A stretch of 64,000 bases of DNA, from contig OMZM01000011.1 in assembly GCA_900315545.1 (NCBI GenBank), positions 11,760 to 75,759 of the forward strand. Reading direction: 5' to 3'. The notes under the pieces are model-generated. The model was not told the origin of the DNA. It made no database searches and worked only from the letters and a program-made list of their open reading frames with translations. Position 1 is the stretch's first letter. Each line of letters starts with the position of its first letter. This DNA is from an uncultured Prevotella sp. Its GTDB lineage: Bacteria; Bacteroidota; Bacteroidia; Bacteroidales; Bacteroidaceae. Position numbers and translations under genes: made by a program. Positions 57,644 through 64,000 of the stretch are shown one piece after another.

Positions 57644-58912
57644 TTATTTGCTTATTTTTTCTATCTTAAATAGTTTATCACTTGGTCTTACCTTACCTGG
57701 TACAGGTATAGATATGTGTGTGCCTTTCTGTGCGGTGTCCACCTTTTCGAGTTCATAGCGTATTTCCTTACATTCAAGACTCATTACTCCTGTTGTCGGA
57801 CCAGTGATAAGCAGTTTGTCGCCTACGCTGAATTCGGCTGCCTCGCAAGTAAATTCGGCAACACCGAGTTTGCTGAAGTATTTCACGCCTTTGCCTACAT
57901 AGATTTTCTTTTCGGTTGCGTTGGAGCCGTAGTTTGTGTTCCATTCTCCGAGACGTTGTCCTTGATAGTAGCCGTCCCAGAATCCTCTGTTGAATACGGT
58001 TGCCAACTGACTGTCCCATTCATCTTTTTTCTCTTCCGTCAGTGTGCCTTCTAAGGCTGCCTTGATGGCTTCTTTGTAGCATCTTACTACGGTGTAGACA
58101 TATTCCGGTCCGCGTGCGCGTCCTTCTATCTTGAATACTCGAACTCCTGCGCTAAGCATTCGGTCGATGAAACGTACTGTTTTCAAGTCTTTCGGACTCA
58201 TTAAGTATTTGTTGTCTACTTCTATCTGGTTGCCTGTTTCAGCATCTGTAAGTATATATGAGCGTCGGCATATCTGTATGCATTCGCCTCTGTTGGCTGA
58301 GCGGTTGGCATCGTGCAGGCTCATGTAGCACTTGCCGCTGACTGCCATGCACAATGCGCCATGACAGAACATTTCTATGCGTATGAGTTCGCCTTTGGGT
58401 CCGCGTATGTTTTCTTGTATTATTTTGTTGTGTATGGTCTCCACTTGTTCCATTGTCAGTTCGCGTGCAAGTACGACTACATCGGCAAACTGTGCGTAGA
58501 ATTTAAGTGCCTCGCTGTTAGATATATTTAGTTGGGTACTGAGGTGTACCTCCATTCCAACCTTGCGGCAATATGTCATCACTGCTACGTCGCTGGCTAT
58601 GACTGCGGTTATTTTTGCCTCGACAGCTGCGTCTACTATTTCGCACATGGCAGGCATGTCTTCCTCGTAGATGATGGTGTTGACGGTGAGGTAGGTTTTT
58701 ATGCCATGCTGGTTGCATGTGTCGGCTATTTCGTGCAGGTCGGCTATGGTGAAATGGTTGGCTGAGTGGGAACGCATGTTAAGTTGTCCGATGCCGAAAT
58801 ATATGGAGTCGGCTCCTGCCTGTATGGCTGCTGCGAGAGACTCGCGACTGCCTACGGGTGCCATGATTTCTATGTCGCCTATGTTGATGTTTTTTAGTGT
58901 GTCTGCTGTCAT
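57644..58912 (-). CDS. U32 family peptidase-like protein (tRNA-hydroxylation/PrtC-like)
   Basis: APVGS, GADSIYFG, FCHGALCMAVSGKC, NRGECIQICR and KIEGR motifs. Confidence 0.9.
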   Translation of the reverse strand: MTADTLKNINIGDIEIMAPVGSRESLAAAIQAGADSIYFGIGQLNMRSHSANHFTIADLHEIADTCNQHGIKTYLTVNTIIYEEDMPAMCEIVDAAVEAKITAVIASDVAVMTYCRKVGMEVHLSTQLNISNSEALKFYAQFADVVVLARELTMEQVETIHNKIIQENIRGPKGELIRIEMFCHGALCMAVSGKCYMSLHDANRSANRGECIQICRRSYILTDAETGNQIEVDNKYLMSPKDLKTVRFIDRMLSAGVRVFKIEGRARGPEYVYTVVRCYKEAIKAALEGTLTEEKKDEWDSQLATVFNRGFWDGYYQGQRLGEWNTNYGSNATEKKIYVGKGVKYFSKLGVAEFTCEAAEFSVGDKLLITGPTTGVMSLECKEIRYELEKVDTAQKGTHISIPVPGKVRPSDKLFKIEKISK

Positions 58913-59475
58913 ATTTTTATGTTTTTTAGTATGTCTGCCACTTTCTTTGGCAATAGTGTTGATATGTCTTTATGTTCTGAATGTAGTTTGCGTATCTGCG
59001 TACTGCTTATGTCTATTGTTTCTACGTCAAGCAGTCTGACGTTGTCTGGCAATGTGTTTGTGTCTACTGTATAGCCTTTGCGCGGATATATATATATATT
59101 ATGGTGTTTGAGTATTTCTTGGTGTGCATGCCATTTGTCGAAGTTTACCCAGTTGTCGGCACCTATTAATAGGCTGAAACGGTGTTGCGGGTATTCTTTT
59201 TCCAGTGCTTTCATGGTCTGCCATGTGTAGGAGGGTCGTGGCAGGTGCATCTCTATATCGCTTATCTTTATTTGCTTTTCTTTCTGTACTGCGATTCTTG
59301 CGAGTTGCAAACGCAGTTGGTCGTCCATCAGCGATGTGTTTTCTTTCAGCGGATTGTGCGGCGATACGATGAGCCATACTTCTTGGATTGGTGCGTGGCG
59401 GAGTATTTGGCGTGCAAGGTGTATGTGTCCGTTGTGTATGGGGTTGAATGACCCGCCGAAGATGCATATTTCCAT
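58909..59475 (-). CDS. nadD: Nicotinate-nucleotide adenylyltransferase
   Basis: FGGSFNPIHNGH, SYT, IGADN and ISSTQIR motifs. Confidence 0.96.
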   Translation of the reverse strand: MEICIFGGSFNPIHNGHIHLARQILRHAPIQEVWLIVSPHNPLKENTSLMDDQLRLQLARIAVQKEKQIKISDIEMHLPRPSYTWQTMKALEKEYPQHRFSLLIGADNWVNFDKWHAHQEILKHHNIYIYPRKGYTVDTNTLPDNVRLLDVETIDISSTQIRKLHSEHKDISTLLPKKVADILKNIKI

Positions 59476-59480
59476 TTGGT

Positions 59481-60047
59481 TTATTTTAGGAAGTTGCTTA
59501 TCTGGTGGTATGTTTCGTTGAGTGCTGTCTGAAGGTCATCGTTGACAATTATTTTGTCGAATTTGTGTGCCTGCGAGAGTTCGTATTGTGCACGGGCTAT
59601 GCGGTCGTCGATTACTTCGGGAGTATCGGTACCGCGCTTTTCAAGTCGCTGGCGCAGTGTGTCTATGGATGGTGGCTGTATGAAGATGCTGAGTGCTTGT
59701 TGCTTGAAGTGTTCTTTTAGCCGTATGCCTCCGTTTACGTCTACGTCGAATACTACTGTCTGCCCTGCCTGACTTTGTTTTTCTATCTGCGACTTGAGTG
59801 TGCCGTAGTATCTGTCTTTATAGACTTCTTCGTACTCTATGAAGTCGCCGTTGTCTATGTGGTGGCGGAATTGGTCGGGGGTGATGAAGTGGTATTCTAT
59901 TCCGTCTTGCTCGTTCCCGCGCGGTGGTCGGGTTGTGCAGCTGATGGAAAAGGCAAGGTGCAACTCCGGATGGTTGGTCATTATGGAGTTTATTATGGTG
60001 CTTTTTCCGCTTCCGCTTGGGGCTGATATTATTATTAGTTTTGGCAT
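59481..60047 (-). CDS. gmk: Guanylate kinase
   Basis: SAPSGSGKST, SCTTRPPR and YYGT motifs. Confidence 0.97.
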   Translation of the reverse strand: MPKLIIISAPSGSGKSTIINSIMTNHPELHLAFSISCTTRPPRGNEQDGIEYHFITPDQFRHHIDNGDFIEYEEVYKDRYYGTLKSQIEKQSQAGQTVVFDVDVNGGIRLKEHFKQQALSIFIQPPSIDTLRQRLEKRGTDTPEVIDDRIARAQYELSQAHKFDKIIVNDDLQTALNETYHQISNFLK

Positions 60048-60059
60048 TGTGGTTTTTGT

Positions 60060-60935
60060 TTAGAGTACGTTGAGTACTTGTTCTTTTATTTGCTCGAGTT
60101 CGTCTTTCATCTTTACGACGATGTTCTGCATTTCAGCGTTGTTGCTTTTTGAGCCGGTGGTGTTTATCTCGCGTCCCATTTCTTGTGCTATGAAGCCGAG
60201 TTTCTTGCCTTGTCCGGGCTGGTCGTTCATTGTTTGCGTGAAGTATGTGAGGTGGTTGGCGAGTCGCTGTTTTTCTTCGCTGATGTCGAGTTTCTCGATG
60301 TAGTAGATTAGTTCCTGCTCGAGTCGGTTGCGGTCGTATTCTACTTCGTGCAGTTGCTGCAGGTTGTCTATTATTCTGCTTTTTATCTTGTCTACGCGCT
60401 GTGTCTCATACTTGTCTATTTGTTGCATGAGTGTGGCGATGTTGCTGATTTTCTCTTGAAACATTGCCTGGAGTGCGGTGCCTTCTTGCTTGCGGAAGTC
60501 TATGAGTTGTGTGATGGCTTGGTTTATTGCGTTGTGTACGGTAGTCCACTCTTCTTCTTCGAGTGTTTCTACTTGGTTGTGTAGTATAGCGTCGGGCATG
60601 CGCAGTATTGTCTGTAGCCAGTCGGTGGGCTCTGGCATGTCTGCTTGTGTTATGATGTCTTTCAGTTGTGTGTAGTATGTTTTTATGATTTGTGGATCTA
60701 TAGGTAGCGATGCATGCTCGGTGTTATGCTCTATCCATATTGCGAGGTCTATTTTTCCGCGTTGGAGTTGTGTTGCTATGGTCTGACGTATCTCTATTTC
60801 GTGCTCGCGGTATATGGATGCGATGCGTGTGGTTACGTCGAGGTTTTTGCTGTTGAGCGATTTTATTTCTATGTGTATTTTCTTGTTGTTGTGGTTTACT
60901 ACGGTTTGTCCGTAGCCTGTCATTGAGTGTATCAT
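60060..60935 (-). CDS. yicC: YicC/YloC family endoribonuclease
   Basis: SMTGYG start; DISEEKQRL, GKKLGFIAQEMGREINTTGSK and EQIKEQVLNVL motifs. Confidence 0.93.
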   Translation of the reverse strand: MIHSMTGYGQTVVNHNNKKIHIEIKSLNSKNLDVTTRIASIYREHEIEIRQTIATQLQRGKIDLAIWIEHNTEHASLPIDPQIIKTYYTQLKDIITQADMPEPTDWLQTILRMPDAILHNQVETLEEEEWTTVHNAINQAITQLIDFRKQEGTALQAMFQEKISNIATLMQQIDKYETQRVDKIKSRIIDNLQQLHEVEYDRNRLEQELIYYIEKLDISEEKQRLANHLTYFTQTMNDQPGQGKKLGFIAQEMGREINTTGSKSNNAEMQNIVVKMKDELEQIKEQVLNVL

Positions 60936-61046
60936 GTTTTTTTTTGGTTTATTTTGTGCAAAGATACTATTTTGTTGGGTTTTGACAAAATTATTTTTGG
61001 TTTTTCGGGTGTGTATGGTGCTTTGTTTGGATGCTGTTGGTTGTGG

Positions 61047-62702
61047 TTATGGTGTGTATTTTATTGCCATGAGGGTTAGGTCGTCGCTTTGTTCTGCGTT
61101 GCCGACGAATTGGTGTACTGATTGTATTATGGTGTTTACTATTGTGTTGGGTGTTGGTGTGGTTTGTGTGCAATGTCTGTTGAGTGTGTCTGTTATTCTG
61201 TTTTGTCCGTATTGCTGGTGTGCGGTGTCTTCGGCTTCGGTCAGTCCGTCGGTGTATAGGAATATGGTTGTGCCTTGTGCTATTGTTGTGTGCTGCTGTG
61301 TGTATTGCCAGCCTTGCATTACTCCTGCGGGTATGTTGCTGTCTACGGGCAGTGTGCCTATTTTCTTGCCGTCGGTTGATATGAGGTATGGTGCGTCGTG
61401 TCCTGCGTTGCTGTATGTCATTTCGCCTGTTGTTAGGTCGATTACTCCTATGAAGAGTGTTACGAACATGTTGAGTTGGTTTTCTTCTGCTATGGTGTTG
61501 CTCAGTTGGCTGACGATGCGCTGGGGCTGTGTTTCGTGGTTTGATATGGTGCGGAATAGTGTGCGTGTTACTGACATGACGAGTGATGCTGGTATGCCTT
61601 TTCCGCTTACGTCGCCGATGATGAAGTATAGTTTCTGGTCGCGCAGAAAGAAGTCGTAGAGGTCTCCGCCTACTGATTTTGCTGGTGTGAGTTTGCCGTA
61701 TATTTCCACTTGGTCGCAGTCGGGGTATGGTGGAAATGTTTTAGGCAGCATTGATGTTTGTATGCTTCGTGCTATGCGGAGTTCGTTTTCTACGATGTTT
61801 TGCTGCTGCCGTACGGTGTTTAGTTTGTTTATGTTGCGTATTGTCTGCCGTACGATGTATGCGAGTAGCAGGAGTGTGATGGTTATGAGTAGCAGGGTTA
61901 TGAGGTTTATGAGTATGGTGTCTCCGTAGACTGCGTTCTTTGGCGATGCTATTTGCAGTGTTAGTTTTTGCTGTGCTATGGGTTGGCTTGCTATGAGGTA
62001 TTTTGATGTGGTGGGTTGTGTGTTGTCGGTTGATACGATTATCTTGCCGTCGCGTGTGTGGAGTTGGCATATACTGCCGTTGTATGGCTTAATGTTGCTG
62101 AGTGTCTTGCTTACGTAGTCGAGTGACAGGTCGAGGCTTACTACTCCTATTGGCTTGTTGTCTATTGTTATTACCCGGCAGTATGATGTCATTAGCAGGT
62201 TGTTGAGTGTGTTGTCGCGGTATGGTGATGTCCATATTGTTTTTGTGTTTTTTGCGTTTATTGCCGATTTATACCATTCCATGTTGAAGTAGTCGTGGTT
62301 TTTGCTGCCTGCCTGCATTGTCTTTATGGTGTCGTTCTGGCGGTATGCTGAAGGCTCAAACCAATATCCTTTGTCGGGGTAGTAGTAGGGTATGAATCCG
62401 ATAGCGCATCCTGTTATGTTTTTGTTGGATGCTACGATGCGTTTCATTATGCTGTAAATGGAATCGGTGGAGTGTAGGTTTTTTATTATTTGGTCGTCGA
62501 TGTTGTCTATTGCTTGCTGGGTAGTGCTGAGGTATGTTTCTATTTTCATGCTTGCTATCTGCAGTTCTCGGTCTACTATTTGTGCGCATTTCTTTTCGTC
62601 TTGCTTTATGCCGATGTAGTATTGTATGCTCAGGGTTGCTATTACCATGAGTGTTGCAATGATGATTGCCTTTATGCCGCGCTTGCTATTTGTTGTTGAC
62701 AT
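61047..62702 (-). CDS. Membrane PP2C/SpoIIE phosphatase with extracytoplasmic Cache domain (RsbU-like)
   Basis: TM-Cache-TM (YFNMEWY, WTSPY, GVVSLDL), then ELRIARSIQ, VGGDLYD, GDVSGKG, NAGH, YTDG and DDLT motifs. Start taken at MSTTN. Confidence 0.88.
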   Translation of the reverse strand: MSTTNSKRGIKAIIIATLMVIATLSIQYYIGIKQDEKKCAQIVDRELQIASMKIETYLSTTQQAIDNIDDQIIKNLHSTDSIYSIMKRIVASNKNITGCAIGFIPYYYPDKGYWFEPSAYRQNDTIKTMQAGSKNHDYFNMEWYKSAINAKNTKTIWTSPYRDNTLNNLLMTSYCRVITIDNKPIGVVSLDLSLDYVSKTLSNIKPYNGSICQLHTRDGKIIVSTDNTQPTTSKYLIASQPIAQQKLTLQIASPKNAVYGDTILINLITLLLITITLLLLAYIVRQTIRNINKLNTVRQQQNIVENELRIARSIQTSMLPKTFPPYPDCDQVEIYGKLTPAKSVGGDLYDFFLRDQKLYFIIGDVSGKGIPASLVMSVTRTLFRTISNHETQPQRIVSQLSNTIAEENQLNMFVTLFIGVIDLTTGEMTYSNAGHDAPYLISTDGKKIGTLPVDSNIPAGVMQGWQYTQQHTTIAQGTTIFLYTDGLTEAEDTAHQQYGQNRITDTLNRHCTQTTPTPNTIVNTIIQSVHQFVGNAEQSDDLTLMAIKYTP

Positions 62703-62840
62703 GGTGTGTGTTGTTTGTAATAATACATTACTTGACAAAGATACGATTATGTTGGGAATTGACAAAATTATTTCAGGAAAATCGGATGCAAGTATTTAAA
62801 AATTTGATGTGAAACGGCTCTTGCGTGCCGGAAAAATACT

Positions 62841-63252
62841 AATCAATTTTCGCCCGTTTACTGTCGCGAGAATGCCCGCGAAACCCGTTTCCGAAATCTG
62901 AGGGGCAAAATACGCCCAAAATTCCTGCAAATATAAGCCTTTTATGCAGGAAATTCAAGTGTTAAAAATGTCAAAGAGCATGTTTGAGATTGTCAAACAG
63001 TGTGTTTGAGGCTGCCAAACATAGTGTTTGGGGCTTTCAGACACAATATTTCGCAAGCCAAAATACACAAATAAGCGCCTCAAACATGCTCTTTGACATT
63101 TTTAACACTTATCGCCGACCTCGAAATTAACACAAATTAGCATTTTCAGAGGCTGTAAAAATTCTATTTGGAGACTTTTCCTCTGTCAAAATTTTTCATC
63201 ATTTTTCGGCTCGGATGAAAATCCTGAAGAGTTTGGCACGGTTTTTGCAGGG
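62841..63252 (-). repeat. Dispersed intergenic repeat family A, copy 4
   Basis: Reverse-complement homolog of copy 1; array units at 62971, 62993, 63015, 63037, ~63058 and 63080. Confidence 0.92.
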
Positions 63253-63345
63253 AGACGACAGATAAGTCAAAAATTTGACGTTTTATTTTGTATTGTTCTC
63301 ACTTAATCGTATCTTTGCACTTTATTTAGAATAAATAAAACAGAA

Positions 63346-64000
63346 ATGTCTTGCATACTTAATATAGAAACCAGCACCGACGTCTGCTCAGTGGCAGTGA
63401 GCGAAGACGGCAAGTGCATATATGAGCAGACCGACCGCGAAGGTCCTAACCATGCCGTGAAGCTCGGAGTGTTCGCAGACGAAGCCCTGTCGTTCATCGA
63501 CAGCCATGCCATACCCCTCGATGCCGTAGCCGTCAGCAGCGGTCCAGGCTCATACACGGGCTTGCGCATAGGCGTGTCGATGGCTAAGGGAATATGCTAC
63601 GGACTGAACGTTCCGCTGCTGTCGGTAAAGACTCTGGAGCTGATGTGCGTGCCAGTGCTGCTCTTCAACGAAGAGATAGAAGACGACGCGCTGCTATGCC
63701 CGATGATAGACGCGCGACGCATGGAAGTATATGCAGAGGTCTTCGACAGAGCGCTGCGACCTGTAAGAGACATACAGGCAGACGTGGTGGACGAAACGAC
63801 ATACAGAGAACTGCTCGACAAGCACAAGATATACTTCTTCGGCAACGGAGCAGAGAAGTGCAAGCACGCCATAAGCCATCACAACGCACGCTTCATCGAC
63901 GGCATAGTGCCGCTGGCAAAGTGGATGTTTCCGCTGGCAGAAAAGCGCATAGCGCTCGGCGAAACGGAAGACGTGGCTTACTTCGTGCCGTACTATCTGA
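63346..64000 (+). CDS. tsaB: tRNA threonylcarbamoyladenosine biosynthesis protein TsaB (runs off the window end)
   Basis: Manual translation MSCILNIETSTDVCSVA...GPGSYTGLRIGVSMAKG...PMIDARRMEVY. Absent from the ORF track because there is no stop in the window. Confidence 0.96.
   Translation, partial: MSCILNIETSTDVCSVAVSEDGKCIYEQTDREGPNHAVKLGVFADEALSFIDSHAIPLDAVAVSSGPGSYTGLRIGVSMAKGICYGLNVPLLSVKTLELMCVPVLLFNEEIEDDALLCPMIDARRMEVYAEVFDRALRPVRDIQADVVDETTYRELLDKHKIYFFGNGAEKCKHAISHHNARFIDGIVPLAKWMFPLAEKRIALGETEDVAYFVPYYL

Noticed and set aside
1-64000. tRNA, rRNA, tmRNA, integrase or prophage genes
   Set aside because: No T-loop/anticodon cloverleaf, rRNA signature or recombinase/phage motifs were found by eye; a tRNAscan/Infernal run would be needed to exclude them formally.

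Overview
Chromosomal segment of a Bacteroidales bacterium, probably Prevotella-like (TAnnTTTG promoters, T9SS-type C-terminal domains, conserved mnmG-apt-uvrC-dtd-deoC-polA and nadD-gmk-yicC-tsaB blocks). It appears to be origin-proximal: two parS sites flank apt, and an AT-rich DnaA-box cluster (candidate oriC) lies upstream of nadA. Most genes are housekeeping. Accessory parts are an AT-rich island with a convergent MamI-like restriction-modification pair, two paralogous secreted GLUG-type proteins, and a cobalamin-riboswitch TonB receptor/PepSY operon divergent from an exported CbiK. The most unusual signals are non-coding. (i) Two unrelated dispersed intergenic repeat families (4 and 2 copies) share one geometry: 5-bp inverted half-sites around a variable 7-bp spacer, repeated every 22 bp. 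(ii) Two sequence-unrelated 5' leaders share a predicted fold: stem, AA/GCC internal loop, 7-bp stem and a pseudoknot. No rRNA, tRNA, CRISPR array, integrase or transposase was recognised. All assignments come from reading the sequence; no database searches were run.
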